A stretch of DNA of 64,000 nucleotides from Actinomycetes bacterium (lineage in GTDB: Bacteria > Actinomycetota > Acidimicrobiia > Acidimicrobiales > Bog-793), in assembly GCA_021796455.1 (NCBI GenBank), contig JAKACA010000001.1, positions 8,110 to 72,109 on the forward strand, in the 5' to 3' direction. A program made the position numbers and the translations under genes. Positions 51,913-63,412 of the stretch are shown in pieces. The notes under the pieces were generated by a model. It saw only the letters and a program-made list of their open reading frames with translations, was not told the origin of the DNA and did not search any database. Each line of letters opens with the position of its first letter. The first letter of the stretch is position 1.

Positions 51913-53544
51913 TCAGCTTCGATCCTGCGGACGGTCCGTCGACACCACGTCGAGGTTGCCTTCGGCATAACGGGCCCTCAGGACCTTCTTGTCGAACTTC
52001 CCGACGCTCGTCTTCGGAACCTCGTCGATGAAGGACCAGCGGTCTGGAACCCAGAAGCGAGCGACACGACCTTCCAGGAAGCCCTCCAGCTCGCTCGGCG
52101 AGATGTCAGCACCCTCGTTGAGCACAACACAGGCGAGCGGTCGCTCGTCCCACCGCGCGTCGGGGACAGCGACGACGGCCGCCTCGAAGACATCGGGGTG
52201 AGCCATGAGGGCGTTCTCGAGCTCGACCGAGGAGATCCACTCGCCACCGGTCTTTATGACGTCCTTGGTCCGGTCGGTGATGTCGAGATAGCCAAGGGCG
52301 TCGAGCGTGCCCACGTCGCCTGTCCTCAGCCAGCCGTCATGGAAGCGATCCGTGCTCGTATCTGCGAAGTAGGAGCCAGTCACCCAGGGCCCACGCACCT
52401 CGAACTCGCCGATGGTGCTGCCATCTCGAGCGGCGACGTTGCCCTGGATGTCCACGACACGTGCCTCGACGCCGAAGACGACACGGCCCGTCTTCCGGCG
52501 GTATGTCCACGCTTCCTCCCCGGTCGCGCCGCGAGGGGGCACGGCGACTGCGCCAAGTGGGCTCGTCTCGGTCATGCCCCAGGCCTGGATGACCGGAACC
52601 CCGTAGAGCTCGTCGAATGCACGCATGAGAGACTCCGGCACCGCGGCGCCACCGCAGACAATCGTCCTGAAAGATGAGAGATCCGAGCCGTGGGCCTGGG
52701 CGTAGCGCAGCACCTCGTTCCAGATGGTCGGCACCGCGGCGGCCACCGTGGGCCTCTCCGCCTCGATAATCCGAACGAGCGGCTCAGCCTGGAGAAATTG
52801 GCGCGGCATGATGAGATCGGCCCCTGCCAGCCATGCTGCGTAAGGGAGTCCCCAGGCGTTGGCATGGAACTGAGGCACGACCACAAGGGCCCGGTCCGAG
52901 CTCGAGATGCCAATCGTCGCCGTCGAAGTGCTGGCGAGCGAGTGGAGGTACGTCGAGCGGTGGCTGTAGGCGACACCCTTCGGGTTGCCGGTGGTGCCGC
53001 TCGTGTAGCACATCCCTGCTGCCTGGCGCTCGTCGAGCACGGGCCAGTCGTAACGCGGCTCACCCCGCTCGAGCAGCTCCTCATACGACATGGTCGCCCC
53101 GAGGCAGGAGGTATCTCCTTCTCCCACGACGACTACCTGCTCGACGCTTGGGCACTCGTCTAGGACCCGGCTGAGAGCGGGTGCGAGGGTGGCGTCGCAG
53201 ATGATGACGCGATCGCCTGCATGATCGATCACATAGCGCAGCTGTTCAGGAAAGAGCCTCACGTTAAGGGTGTGAAGAACGGCACCCATGGACGGAATGG
53301 CCAGGTATGCCTCGAGATGCTCTTGGTGGTTGAAGCAGAAGGTACCGACCCGATCGCCGTTGCCGATGCCGAGCGAGGCGAGGCCGGACGCGAGCCGCTC
53401 GGCGTTGAGCGCCACCTCGGAGAAGCTCCCTCGCCGGAAGGAACTTCCGTCGTAGGTCGCGACCTCGCTCCTGCCGTGCACCTGCTTGCCGTGCCGAAGG
53501 ATCTCGCGGACGAGTAGAGGGGCTTCCTGCATGGTGCTTTGCAC
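51913..53544 (-). CDS. fatty-acid--CoA ligase (AMP-dependent synthetase)
   Basis: MCYTSGTTGNPKGVAYSHRS, GWLRTGDVG and a C-terminal KTSVGKFDKKVLR. GAGGAGG lies 5 nt upstream of GTG 53544. Confidence 0.9.
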   Translation of the reverse strand: MQSTMQEAPLLVREILRHGKQVHGRSEVATYDGSSFRRGSFSEVALNAERLASGLASLGIGNGDRVGTFCFNHQEHLEAYLAIPSMGAVLHTLNVRLFPEQLRYVIDHAGDRVIICDATLAPALSRVLDECPSVEQVVVVGEGDTSCLGATMSYEELLERGEPRYDWPVLDERQAAGMCYTSGTTGNPKGVAYSHRSTYLHSLASTSTATIGISSSDRALVVVPQFHANAWGLPYAAWLAGADLIMPRQFLQAEPLVRIIEAERPTVAAAVPTIWNEVLRYAQAHGSDLSSFRTIVCGGAAVPESLMRAFDELYGVPVIQAWGMTETSPLGAVAVPPRGATGEEAWTYRRKTGRVVFGVEARVVDIQGNVAARDGSTIGEFEVRGPWVTGSYFADTSTDRFHDGWLRTGDVGTLDALGYLDITDRTKDVIKTGGEWISSVELENALMAHPDVFEAAVVAVPDARWDERPLACVVLNEGADISPSELEGFLEGRVARFWVPDRWSFIDEVPKTSVGKFDKKVLRARYAEGNLDVVSTDRPQDRS

Positions 53545-53719
53545 TTTGACCTCCTCGAAGCTCCGGGGGGACTCGCGGCAACACTAGACCGAGCGCCTGC
53601 ACCGGCATCTACCGCCGACGCGGCGCCGCCGATTCTCATATCACCTTATGTGACGCAGCACTCACGCGTCGTGCGAAGATCGTTGAGTCCAGACCTATGA
53701 CGAGACCCCAGGTAGGCTG

Positions 53720-56700
53720 TTGTCACTGATGACACCGGGGCATGAGGGGTACGCGGCGGGAGATCTCGCGAGGCACATGCCCTCCGCGGTCTGGTCGCGC
53801 GCGGACACTGGTGCGTCGGCAGCCCTCGCGTCTCTGCTCGTGCGCACTCGCTCATCGCTCGGCGGCGTGCACGGGCCGAGCGAGCCGTTCGCGCGGGCCG
53901 CGGCGGGAACAGGCGAGTCCCTCGCGGGAGCTTGCTTGCTGTGGATGATCGATGAGACCGGCCGTGAGCTGCTTCTGAATGCGGCTTGCGACGCGGATCC
54001 GAACCGGCTGGCCGTGATCGCCGGCGCGCTCGCGCGAGCGCGCCACAGCGTGGGCGATCCGCATTTTGCAACCGCGATGCTTTCACCCGGGCCGTACACC
54101 ATCGACCCGGTGAGGTGGGGAGATCTGACTGGGTGGCAAGACCAGCAGGCTTGGGAGCCGCTCACGCGCCTTGGCCCGGCTGCTCTCACGATCATCGCTC
54201 TCAGGGTGCGCGACACCACTCCCGGCCTGATTGCTCTCTTGACAGAGTCTTCCCTCCCCGGCTTGGCCCGTGCTCAGGTAGCACAGCTCGAGCTGCTCGC
54301 GGACCGCTTGGCGCAGGCTCTCGAGGGCCCACCTGCGCCCGAGAACCGACAGGCCCCCGAGAGCCCACCGGCTCCTGGGGCGCGGCCGGCCTCCGACGGC
54401 CTGCCGATCTCAGGCAACCCAGCGACTCGAACCGATTCCGACCCGGATCGAGAGCTCGTGGATCGGAGCCGGTATAGCGCGGGTGTTGTCTCGCTGCTGT
54501 CGGATGTCGGCGCTGTGCTGGTAGTGGCCTGCGATGGTGCGGGCACGATCCTTGAGATGGAAGGGGGTCTCCGCTCCGAGCTTTACCGAGGCAGGGGTCC
54601 AGTTGTCGGCGAGCGATTTCTTGACCTGTTTCGTGACCACCGGGACCTCACTGATCTCGCGTCGAGGGCCCTAGGCGGAGAGCACGTCCGGGCTGCGCAG
54701 GTCAGATTCGGCGCGCTCACTCTCGAGGCCTGGGCGACTCCTCTCGGAGGCGGTGATGGCCGTTCCCCCGGCTTTGCCGCCGTATTCGTCGATGCCTCCG
54801 CCCGCGTGACTGCCGAGCAGGCCGTCGTCTCCGCAGCTCGCCGGCAGGCGGCCCTGGTCGCGCAGATTGGCGATGTCGTCCTCGTGATCTCGGCCGAGGG
54901 CAAGCTCCAGTACGCAAACCCCGCGACCGAGAGGATGCTCGGCTATCAATGGCGGACAGGTGACGGCATCGACATCTTGTCGCTGGTCCACCCAGAGGAC
55001 CGCGACCGCTGCCGGAATGAGATCGAGGACGCGAAAAGGCGTCCGGGGACGCAGGAGGCGAGCGAGTTTCGCTTACGCCATGCCGACGGGAGCTACCGCT
55101 CTGTCCGCTCGGTCACCGACAACCGCCTCGACGACGATGCAGTAGCCGGACTGGTCCTGACCCTTCGAGACGTCACCGACGATTACGTCGTGCCGCCGGC
55201 AGCCGTGAGCCAACGGACAGAGCGCCCGGGTGCGCTGGCCGATCTCGGACGCTGGGCGCTCGCGGGCCTCGACTACCCGGACCTCGTCGCAGATGCTGTG
55301 AAGGTCCTGGTGGCGCAGTCGAGTGCTGACTTCGTCCACGTCTTCGATGCGCTGCCCGATGCCGACTTCATCACGCTTTCGGCAACCAACGGCGAGAGTG
55401 ACGCTTCAGGTGAGCTTCTCTCCGCCGACCCGACGTCGTCCCCGGCGAGTTTTGCTCTTGTCACCCAGCAGACGGTTGTGTCCGACGACCTCTCGACGGA
55501 GCAGCGGTTCGAGGTGCCCGAGCTGTGGACGAGTGCCGGGGCAGTCTCGCTCGTGGAGGTTCCGATTCCCGGTGCCGACATGCCAGTCGGTGTCATCGGA
55601 GTCAGCTCGGGCCAAAGGCAAGCGTTCGCCTCCGACGACGTCAATTTTGTCGAGGCGGTGGCGAACGTGCTCGCAGCGGCAAGAGCGCGTAGCCGCGCCG
55701 AGGACGCGATCCGCCAGCAGGCCCTGAGGGATCCACTGACGGGTCTACCCAACCGTCTGGTGCTGGCCGATCACGTCAATGTCGCTAATGCCGGCAGTCC
55801 GAGCCTGACAGCCATGAGTGGCGCGGAGAGAACCGTCTTCGTCCTTGACATTGACCGTTTCAAGGAGATCAACGACACCCTCGGCCATGCGGTCGGCGAT
55901 GTCGTCCTGCTAGAGGTCTCGCGAAGGCTGGAGCGCCTCGGTGAGCCGATCGAGCTGGTTGCCCGCCTCGGGGGGGACGAGTTCGCCCTGGTCGCGCGCG
56001 CGGGCGTGCCCGAGGACGAGAGCCTGTCGGCACGCAACGACGAAGACAGGCTGGCCGCCAACATCCTCTCTACCCTTGGCGAGTCCATCGAGGTCGGTGG
56101 CGTCAATCTTCGGCTCCGGTGCAGTGTCGGCATCGCCTCGGCCGACATCGACCGCGAAGGCACTCCGCTCGGAATACCGGCGCTGCTCAGGCGAGCCGAG
56201 GCGGCGATGTACCAAGCCAAGAGCGAGCACCAGGGAGTGCGCCGGTACAGCGACGAGCTGGAGCGCTCGAGTCTCTCCCGCCTTGCGCTTGCGAGCGAGC
56301 TTGCAGAAGCGATAGACCAGGGACACCTTCGGCTCGACTACCAGCCCAAGGTGCGCTGCGCAGACGGAGGCATCACCGGCGTCGAGGCCCTCGTGCGATG
56401 GCAGCACCCGACGAGGGGCCTTCTGCTCCCCGACGTCTTCGTGCCCCTCGCCGAGCAGACAGGGATCATCCGAGAGCTCACGAGCTGGGTGCTGCTCCGA
56501 GCACTGGCCGAGTGCGCCGCCTGGCATCGCGCCGGTTACGCGATACCGGTGGCAGTCAACCTTTCGGCCGGGACGGTTCACGATCCGGCGCTGCTCGATG
56601 CAGTCATCTCGGCCACGTCACGGGCCGGCCTGCCGCCTGCCGCGATCGAGCTCGAGATCACAGAGAGCGCCGTGATGCGAGATCCGGCAGGCGCGCTGCG

Positions 56701-57160
56701 ATCCTTGGAGGCGCTCACGTCGCGAGGCGTGCGATTCTCTCTCGACGACTTCGGGACGGGCTACTCGTCGCTCGGCTATCTCCAGCGGCTGCCGGTCTCC
56801 TCGGTGAAGGTGGACAAGTCCTTTGTCACTCCGCTTGGCAAGGGCAACGACGCTGTCGCCGGGGCGATCGTGCGGGCGATCGTCGAGCTCGGTCACAGCT
56901 TGAACCTCGACGTCATCGCCGAGGGTGTCGACTCGGCGATCGGCCAGTCGGCGGTTACGGCGCTTGGGTGCGACGCGATGCAGGGTTTCTTCATCGCGCG
57001 GCCTATGGAGCCGCTGGCCCTGCAGTCGTGGATCTCCGGGCGCGGCCTTCGCGGCGACCGGAGCCAGACGGGGGGAGCACTCCAGGCTCCCGGGCGTCTC
57101 GAGCCAGGCGGCTCAGCGCAGGGCCAGCTGCCCGGGGACTATGGGCTGGGGCAACGCTGA
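53720..57160 (+). CDS. multi-sensor diguanylate cyclase/phosphodiesterase (GAF/PAS - GGDEF - EAL)
   Basis: RLGGDEFALV (GGDEF), EALVRWQHP, and DDFGTGYSSLGYLQRLP (EAL domain). A PAS-like block (GKLQYANPATERMLGY) and GAF-like blocks fill the ~690 aa before the GGDEF domain. The exact start is uncertain (TTG 53720 or ATG 53729). Confidence 0.88.
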   Translation: MSLMTPGHEGYAAGDLARHMPSAVWSRADTGASAALASLLVRTRSSLGGVHGPSEPFARAAAGTGESLAGACLLWMIDETGRELLLNAACDADPNRLAVIAGALARARHSVGDPHFATAMLSPGPYTIDPVRWGDLTGWQDQQAWEPLTRLGPAALTIIALRVRDTTPGLIALLTESSLPGLARAQVAQLELLADRLAQALEGPPAPENRQAPESPPAPGARPASDGLPISGNPATRTDSDPDRELVDRSRYSAGVVSLLSDVGAVLVVACDGAGTILEMEGGLRSELYRGRGPVVGERFLDLFRDHRDLTDLASRALGGEHVRAAQVRFGALTLEAWATPLGGGDGRSPGFAAVFVDASARVTAEQAVVSAARRQAALVAQIGDVVLVISAEGKLQYANPATERMLGYQWRTGDGIDILSLVHPEDRDRCRNEIEDAKRRPGTQEASEFRLRHADGSYRSVRSVTDNRLDDDAVAGLVLTLRDVTDDYVVPPAAVSQRTERPGALADLGRWALAGLDYPDLVADAVKVLVAQSSADFVHVFDALPDADFITLSATNGESDASGELLSADPTSSPASFALVTQQTVVSDDLSTEQRFEVPELWTSAGAVSLVEVPIPGADMPVGVIGVSSGQRQAFASDDVNFVEAVANVLAAARARSRAEDAIRQQALRDPLTGLPNRLVLADHVNVANAGSPSLTAMSGAERTVFVLDIDRFKEINDTLGHAVGDVVLLEVSRRLERLGEPIELVARLGGDEFALVARAGVPEDESLSARNDEDRLAANILSTLGESIEVGGVNLRLRCSVGIASADIDREGTPLGIPALLRRAEAAMYQAKSEHQGVRRYSDELERSSLSRLALASELAEAIDQGHLRLDYQPKVRCADGGITGVEALVRWQHPTRGLLLPDVFVPLAEQTGIIRELTSWVLLRALAECAAWHRAGYAIPVAVNLSAGTVHDPALLDAVISATSRAGLPPAAIELEITESAVMRDPAGALRSLEALTSRGVRFSLDDFGTGYSSLGYLQRLPVSSVKVDKSFVTPLGKGNDAVAGAIVRAIVELGHSLNLDVIAEGVDSAIGQSAVTALGCDAMQGFFIARPMEPLALQSWISGRGLRGDRSQTGGALQAPGRLEPGGSAQGQLPGDYGLGQR

Positions 57161-58714
57161 AGTGCCCATGAGATAGCGGTCGACCGCGGCAGCGACTGAA
57201 CGTCCCTCGGCGATCGCCCACACTATAAGGCTTTGGCCCCGCGCCATGTCCCCGCAGGCAAAGACCGCCTCGACGTTTGTCATGAACTCTGGCCCCACGG
57301 CTACGTTGCCCCGCTCATCGAGACCGAGACCGAGCTCCGCGACGACTCCGTCGCGCTCGGGCCCCGAGAAACCCATCGCGAGCAGCACGAGGTCGGCCGG
57401 CAGCTCGTACTCGCTGCCTTCCAGAGGTGTCAGCTGGGGCCGCCCGTCCACGACCCGCTGCGCGACGCGCTGAAGACGCAATGCCTGGACATGGCCGCGA
57501 AGACCGTTGCCGGGCGCGGTCTCGGCTCGGTCCGCGTCGGCGACGCCGAGGACCTCCACAGCGGTGACGGCAAATACTCGCTCGCCCCCTTCTTCATGTG
57601 CCGCCGATGTCCGCAAGATAACCGGCCAGGTCGGCCAGGGGTTGTCGGCCGCGCGCGAAGACGGTGGTGCCGGCAGAATTTCGAGCTGGTGAACGCTGGC
57701 GGCACCCTGTCGGTGCGCTGTGCCGAGGCAGTCGGCACCGGTGTCACCGCCTCCGATGATGACGACGTGCTTGCCGTTCGCTGTGATGGGGCTCGCCTGC
57801 AGGCTTCCTTCGCATACCTGGTTGCACGGTTTCAGGTACTCCATCGCGAAGTGGACGCCGTCAAGCGTGCGGCCCGGCACGAGCAGATCTCGTGGCCGGG
57901 TCGCCCCGCAGGCGAGCACGACCGCATCGAACTCGCGAGCCAGATCTGCCGCGGCAACCACCGTCGCATCGGGCGCCGCGGCGCCCTGGCCCTCACCGGG
58001 ATTGCTGGACTTGCCGGACTTGTCGGGCTTGTCGGGCTCGCCGGCTCGGGAGGCCGCGGCGGCGCCGACGCCTACCATTGTCCGAGTCCGAAACTCGGTC
58101 CCTTCGGCCCTCATCTGCGCGATGCGCCTATCGAGCACCGCCTTCTCCATCTTGAACTCAGGTATGCCATAGCGCAACAGACCCCCCACCCGTTCGGCTC
58201 GCTCGAAGACGACGACTCCGTGGCCCGCGCGCGTGAGCTGCTGCGCAGCCGCCAGCCCCGCTGGCCCGGAACCGACTATCGCCACCCGCTTAGAAGTGAC
58301 AGCGCGTGCGACCCTCGGCTCCAGCCGTCGCGTGGCCCAGTTGGCGATCTCGAGCTCCATCTGCTTTATGGTCACCGGCTCGTCGTTGATGCCAAGTACG
58401 CAGGACCCCTCGCACGGCGCCGGGCAGAGCCGCCCAGTGAACTCGGGGAAGTTGTTCGTGGCCTCGAGGCGCGCTGCGGCGTCGCCGGGCCTTGCTCGGT
58501 AGACGAGGTCGTTCCACTCCGGGATGAGGTTCCCAAGGGGACAGCCCTCGTGGCAGAACGGGATGCCGCAGTCCATGCACCGCGCCGCCTGCTCGATCAC
58601 CTGCCCAGGGCTGAAGGGCTCGTAGATCTCACGCCAGTCCTTGATGCGCAGGTGAACGGGCCGACGATCGGGACCGAGGCGGCCGATGCGAAGGAATCCC
58701 CGCGGATCAGCCAT
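57113..58714 (-). CDS. gltD: glutamate synthase small subunit (NADPH)
   Basis: Fe-S Cys cluster [17 protein letters not shown] and dinucleotide motifs [14 protein letters not shown] and [13 protein letters not shown]. 533 aa. Confidence 0.93.
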   Translation of the reverse strand: MADPRGFLRIGRLGPDRRPVHLRIKDWREIYEPFSPGQVIEQAARCMDCGIPFCHEGCPLGNLIPEWNDLVYRARPGDAAARLEATNNFPEFTGRLCPAPCEGSCVLGINDEPVTIKQMELEIANWATRRLEPRVARAVTSKRVAIVGSGPAGLAAAQQLTRAGHGVVVFERAERVGGLLRYGIPEFKMEKAVLDRRIAQMRAEGTEFRTRTMVGVGAAAASRAGEPDKPDKSGKSSNPGEGQGAAAPDATVVAAADLAREFDAVVLACGATRPRDLLVPGRTLDGVHFAMEYLKPCNQVCEGSLQASPITANGKHVVIIGGGDTGADCLGTAHRQGAASVHQLEILPAPPSSRAADNPWPTWPVILRTSAAHEEGGERVFAVTAVEVLGVADADRAETAPGNGLRGHVQALRLQRVAQRVVDGRPQLTPLEGSEYELPADLVLLAMGFSGPERDGVVAELGLGLDERGNVAVGPEFMTNVEAVFACGDMARGQSLIVWAIAEGRSVAAAVDRYLMGTSALPQPIVPGQLALR

Positions 58715-61700
58715 GCGCAGCCTGCATGATCGCCTCGTCGACTGCGTCTCCAGATCGAAGAGCTGCGCGCGTAGCCGAGAGAACCCGGCGGTAGTCGACC
58801 GGCATGACCTTGATCATGGCCGGCATCGTGGTTGCCGCGGACGCGAGCAGGCGGCTCGCGAGAGAGGAGCTCGTGAGCCGGTGGTGGCGCTCGAGAAGGT
58901 TGACGACGAGGCTCCAGTCATCCTCGTCAAGCTCTTCGAGGGCCACCATCTCGAGGTTGCAGCGACGCTCGAGGGCGCGATCGGGGTCGTAGACGTACGC
59001 GACGCCCCCCGACATTCCCGCCGCGAAGTTGCGACCTGTCGGTCCGAGCACGAGCACCGTCCCTCCCGTCATGTACTCACATGCATGGTCGCCGACTCCC
59101 TCGACGACGGCAGTCGCGCCAGAGTTGCGAACACAGAAGCGCTCCCCTACCTGGCCACGTATCATCGCCTCGCCCCCCGTCGCTCCGTAGAGGACGACGT
59201 TGCCCGCGATCACCTGTTCTTCGGCGGGCGACGGCGACGCCGCATGGGGATACGCGACGATCCGGCCGCCGGACAGGCCCTTGCCCAGGTAGTCGTTGGC
59301 ATCGCCGATGAGCCGGAGCGTGATGCCCCGTGGCAGGAATGCGCCGAAGCTCTGCCCGGCCGAGCCGGCGAGAGTGATGTCGATAGTGCCATCTTCGAGG
59401 CCCCGGCTGCCATAGCGCCTCGTCACCTCATAACCGAGCATGGTGCCGACGCTTCGGTGGATGTTGCGCACGGAAAACGAGGCCTGCACCGGCCTGCCCG
59501 TGGTGATCGCGTCCTTCGCAGCTGCTATGAGCTGGTGATCGAGGGCGTTCTCGAGCCCGTGGTCCTGGCCACGCGTGCAGCTCAGGGAGACGGAGCCTGC
59601 TCGTGATCGGCTCCCGGCACCGTGTGAGAGCAGTGGCCCGAGATCGAGCTTGTGGGCCTTCCAGTACTGCTCTACTGCATCGGTGACCTCCAGGCATTCG
59701 ACGTGTCCGACCGCATCACCGAGGGAGGAGAAGCCAAGAGATGCCAGGATCTCGCGGACTTCGGTGGCTATGTACTCGAAGAAGGTCTCGACGAATTCCG
59801 GGCGACCGCTGAAGCGCTTGCGCAGCTCCGGGTTCTGGGTCGCGATCCCGACCGGGCACGTGTCGAGGTGGCAGACGCGCATCATCACGCACCCGGACAC
59901 CACAAGTGGTGCGGTCGCGAAGCCGAACTCCTCGGCTCCGAGGAGGGCGGCGATGACGACATCGCGCCCGGTCTTGAGCTGGCCGTCGACCTGGACGACG
60001 ATGCGATCGCGAAGGCCGTTGCGAAGCAGCGTCTGCTGGGTCTCGGCAAGCCCCAGCTCCCAGGGGACGCCGGCGTGCTTGAGCGAGGTGAGGGGAGCAG
60101 CACCGGTTCCACCGTCGTGACCGGAGATGAGAACGACATCGGCGTGGGCTTTCGCGACGCCTGCGGCCACCGTCCCGACACCCAGCTCTGATACGAGCTT
60201 GACGTGCACCCGCGCGGCCGGGTTGGCATTCTTCAGGTCGTAGATGAGCTGTGCGATGTCCTCGATCGAGTAGATGTCGTGATGCGGTGGCGGAGAGATC
60301 AAACCCACACCAGGTGTCGAGTTCCTCGTCCGGGCTATCCACGGGTACACCTTGTGGCCTGGCAGCTGTCCCCCCTCCCCCGGCTTCGCGCCCTGGGAGA
60401 TCTTGATCTGCAGATCGTCGGCGTTGACGAGGTACTCGCTCGTGACGCCGAAACGACCCGAGGCCACCTGCTTCACGGCTGAGCGCCGAGAGTCGCCGTT
60501 GGGATCAGCCACGTATCGATCGGGATCCTCTCCCCCCTCTCCGGTGTTCGAGCGGGCACCGAGGCGGTTCATGGCGACGGCAAGGGTCTCGTGAGCCTCG
60601 GACGATATGGATCCATACGACATCGCACCAGTTGAAAAACGCCGCAGGATCTCCGGGACAGCCTCGACTGCATCGAGCGCTATCGGTTGCCTTGCTGTCG
60701 TGCGGAATCTGAGCAGGCCGCGCAACGTCGCGAGCCTGGTCGCCTGATCGTCGACCAGGCGCGTGTACTCCTTGAAGATATCGTAACGACGAGAGCGCGT
60801 GGAATGCTGCAGCTTGTGAACCGTGCGCGGGTTGAAGAGGTGGTACTCCCCGTCACGTCTCCACTGATAGTCGCCCCCCACGCCGAGCTCGGCGCTGCCG
60901 GGGACCGTAGCTCTTTCGCCGAATGCGTCTGCGTGCCTCCTTGCGACCTCGGCGGCGATCTCCTCGAGGCCGATTCCCCCGAGGGGAGAGGGTGTCCCGG
61001 TGAAGTACTGCTCGACCACGGACTTGGAGAGGCCCACGGCCTCGAACACCTGCGCGCCGGTGTAGGAGGCTTTCGTCGAGATGCCCATCTTGGACATCAC
61101 CTTGAGGATGCCCTTCGAGCTCGCCTTCACGTAGTTGTGCAGCGCCTGGCGCTCAGTCAAACCGACGACGACGCCGTCGCGGACCATCTCCGATATGGAG
61201 TCGAAAGCCAGATACGGGTTGACGGCCGCGGCGCCGTACCCGATGAGAAGCGCCAGATGATGGACTTCTCGGGCGTCGCCGCTCTCGACCACGAGGGCGG
61301 CCCGTGTGCGCTCGCGCGATCTCACGAGGTGGTTGTGCACAGCAGCCGTAAGGAGGAGCGAAGGGATGGGCGCGAGCTCCGAGCTCGAATGTCGATCCGA
61401 CAGGACGATGATGTTCGTTCCAAGGGCGATCGCTTCCGACACCTGCGAGCAGACCTTGTCGATGGCAGCCTTGAGGCCGGGGCTCCCTGCGGACACCGGC
61501 CACAGCCCGTCGACGGCGAAAGCGGAGAAACCCGCGGCACCACCAGGCTCGCCGACATAGAGGAGCTTCGCCAGCTCGTCGTTGTCGAGAACCGGCGACT
61601 CCACCGTGATCTGGCGACAGTTGGCCGGCCCCGGATCCAAGAGGTTTGCCTCCGGTCCAAGGGTCGAGCGGAGCGACGTGACGAGCTCCTCTCGGATGGC

Positions 61701-63311
61701 GTCCAGCGGCGGGTTCGTCACCTGGGCGAAAAGTTGGGAGAAGTAGTCGTACAGCAGCCGCGGTCGCTCGGACAGGACCGCGATGGGGGTGTCGGTGCCC
61801 ATCGAGCCGATTGGCTCCGCCCCGCTCATCGCCATCGGAGCCAGGATCAGCCGGAGATCCTCGAAAGTCAGCCCGAACAGCTTCTGATGGCGGACAACCG
61901 AAGCGTGCTTGGGCGTGAGCATCTGCCTGGGCGGGAGCTCGGCGATTGGGATCAGACCGTCGTGGACCCACTTCGCGTAGGGCTGCTCGCTTGCGAGCGA
62001 GGCTTTCACCTCGCTGTCGTCGACGATCCGTCCCTCGACGGTGTCGACGAGGAACATCCGCCCGGGCTTGAGACGGCCACGCTCGACGATACGACTTGGG
62101 TCTATGTCGAGCACCCCTACCTCGGAGGCGAGCACGACCAGTCCGTCGTCGGTCACCCAGTAGCGGGCGGGCCGCAGCCCGTTACGGTCCAGGATCGCCC
62201 CGACGATCCGCCCATCGCTGAATGCGACGGCGGCGGGCCCGTCCCATGGCTCCATCAGACAGGAGTGGTACTCGTAGAAGGCTCGCCGCGCCTCGTCGAG
62301 CTCGCCGTGGTTCTCCCAGGCCTCCGGGATCATCATCAAGACCGCGTGGGGCAGGGACCGACCACACAGATGAAGCAGCTCGAGGACTTCGTCAAAGGAG
62401 CTCGAATCACTCCCGCCCGGCGTGATGATCGGGAGGATCCTCTCGATGTCGCCAGGGATGAGCCTGCTTGCGAGCATCGACTCGCGAGCCTGCATCCAGT
62501 TGCGGTTCCCCTTGAGGGTATTGATCTCCCCGTTGTGGGCGACCAGGCGGTAGGGGTGGGCGAGCGGCCAGGCGGGGAAGGTGTTGGTGGAGAAGCGAGA
62601 GTGCACGAGCGCGATGGCGCTCTCGAGCCTCTCGTCGCAAAGGTCGGGAAAGAAACCCCTCAGCTGGTCCGTCGCGAGCATTCCCTTGTAGACGAAGGTC
62701 CGTGACGACAGGGACGGGAAGTAGAGATCCGTGACACTGTGCTCGGCCCGCTTGCGCAGGACGAATAGCCGCCGCTCGAGCTCGAGCGGCGTGTCCATGT
62801 CACGAGGGCCCTCTTTGGAGAGCCCGACAAAGACCTGCGCGAAGCCTGGAGCCACCTCCCGGGCGCTCTTGCCGGCGAGCTCGATACGGGTTGGGACATC
62901 ACGCCAAAAAAGGACCTCGAGCCCCTCGCTCTGGGCAAGGCGGTCGAAAGCTGCGACTGCCTTGGCGGCCTGACTTGAGTCTCTCGGCAGGAACGCCAGC
63001 CCTGATCCGTACTCGCCTCGTGGCGGGAGCTCGATCCCGATATCTGCAGCAAGCGAGCGAAACAGGAGATCCGGCATCTGCAAGAGGATTCCTGCTCCGT
63101 CACCGGTCTCCGCGTCGGCTCCGAAGGCACCTCGGTGCGCGAGGTTCTCGAGGGCCGTGAGGCCGTAGTCGACGACCTGGTGGCTGGGGCCCCGGCGGAT
63201 GTCGGCCACGAAGGCGATCCCACACGCGTCGTGGTCGTTCGCGGGGTCGTACAGGCCCGAGGGCTCAGCGCGCAGGTCCAATTCGTCCCTCTTCGTCAGT
63301 CGGCCGGTCAC
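58707..63311 (-). CDS. gltB: glutamate synthase large subunit
   Basis: 1534 aa. N-terminal amidotransferase Cys in [12 protein letters not shown], an FMN/Fe-S central domain, and a C-terminal GxxGG repeat domain ([11 protein letters not shown]..., [15 protein letters not shown]). 8-nt overlap with gltD. Confidence 0.95.
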   Translation of the reverse strand: MTGRLTKRDELDLRAEPSGLYDPANDHDACGIAFVADIRRGPSHQVVDYGLTALENLAHRGAFGADAETGDGAGILLQMPDLLFRSLAADIGIELPPRGEYGSGLAFLPRDSSQAAKAVAAFDRLAQSEGLEVLFWRDVPTRIELAGKSAREVAPGFAQVFVGLSKEGPRDMDTPLELERRLFVLRKRAEHSVTDLYFPSLSSRTFVYKGMLATDQLRGFFPDLCDERLESAIALVHSRFSTNTFPAWPLAHPYRLVAHNGEINTLKGNRNWMQARESMLASRLIPGDIERILPIITPGGSDSSSFDEVLELLHLCGRSLPHAVLMMIPEAWENHGELDEARRAFYEYHSCLMEPWDGPAAVAFSDGRIVGAILDRNGLRPARYWVTDDGLVVLASEVGVLDIDPSRIVERGRLKPGRMFLVDTVEGRIVDDSEVKASLASEQPYAKWVHDGLIPIAELPPRQMLTPKHASVVRHQKLFGLTFEDLRLILAPMAMSGAEPIGSMGTDTPIAVLSERPRLLYDYFSQLFAQVTNPPLDAIREELVTSLRSTLGPEANLLDPGPANCRQITVESPVLDNDELAKLLYVGEPGGAAGFSAFAVDGLWPVSAGSPGLKAAIDKVCSQVSEAIALGTNIIVLSDRHSSSELAPIPSLLLTAAVHNHLVRSRERTRAALVVESGDAREVHHLALLIGYGAAAVNPYLAFDSISEMVRDGVVVGLTERQALHNYVKASSKGILKVMSKMGISTKASYTGAQVFEAVGLSKSVVEQYFTGTPSPLGGIGLEEIAAEVARRHADAFGERATVPGSAELGVGGDYQWRRDGEYHLFNPRTVHKLQHSTRSRRYDIFKEYTRLVDDQATRLATLRGLLRFRTTARQPIALDAVEAVPEILRRFSTGAMSYGSISSEAHETLAVAMNRLGARSNTGEGGEDPDRYVADPNGDSRRSAVKQVASGRFGVTSEYLVNADDLQIKISQGAKPGEGGQLPGHKVYPWIARTRNSTPGVGLISPPPHHDIYSIEDIAQLIYDLKNANPAARVHVKLVSELGVGTVAAGVAKAHADVVLISGHDGGTGAAPLTSLKHAGVPWELGLAETQQTLLRNGLRDRIVVQVDGQLKTGRDVVIAALLGAEEFGFATAPLVVSGCVMMRVCHLDTCPVGIATQNPELRKRFSGRPEFVETFFEYIATEVREILASLGFSSLGDAVGHVECLEVTDAVEQYWKAHKLDLGPLLSHGAGSRSRAGSVSLSCTRGQDHGLENALDHQLIAAAKDAITTGRPVQASFSVRNIHRSVGTMLGYEVTRRYGSRGLEDGTIDITLAGSAGQSFGAFLPRGITLRLIGDANDYLGKGLSGGRIVAYPHAASPSPAEEQVIAGNVVLYGATGGEAMIRGQVGERFCVRNSGATAVVEGVGDHACEYMTGGTVLVLGPTGRNFAAGMSGGVAYVYDPDRALERRCNLEMVALEELDEDDWSLVVNLLERHHRLTSSSLASRLLASAATTMPAMIKVMPVDYRRVLSATRAALRSGDAVDEAIMQAAHG

Positions 63312-63412
63312 TCTACCGGTCCGGTGCCACCCGGGACGTCGTCGGCCCTGCTGGGTAGTTGAATGTTACATGCTCGGCAGGCTCTGAGAAGCCGCGTGCC
63401 ACGCCACTGCGG

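Noticed and set aside
53641-53666. CRP/FNR-type binding site TGTGA...TCAC
   Set aside because: The spacer is 8 nt, not the canonical 6 nt, and the right half-site is incomplete.
60687-62705. 672-aa plus-strand ORF
   Set aside because: It is fully antisense to gltB, whose product is unmistakable. Its translation is Arg/Gly/Asp/Val-rich with no motifs. This is a typical open shadow frame of GC-rich coding DNA.
63312-63412. GlnR/AmtR-type nitrogen box upstream of gltB (TGTAACATTCAAC)
   Set aside because: Only a single short palindrome (TGTAACA) is present. The repeated gTnAc-N6-GaAAc arrangement is not.
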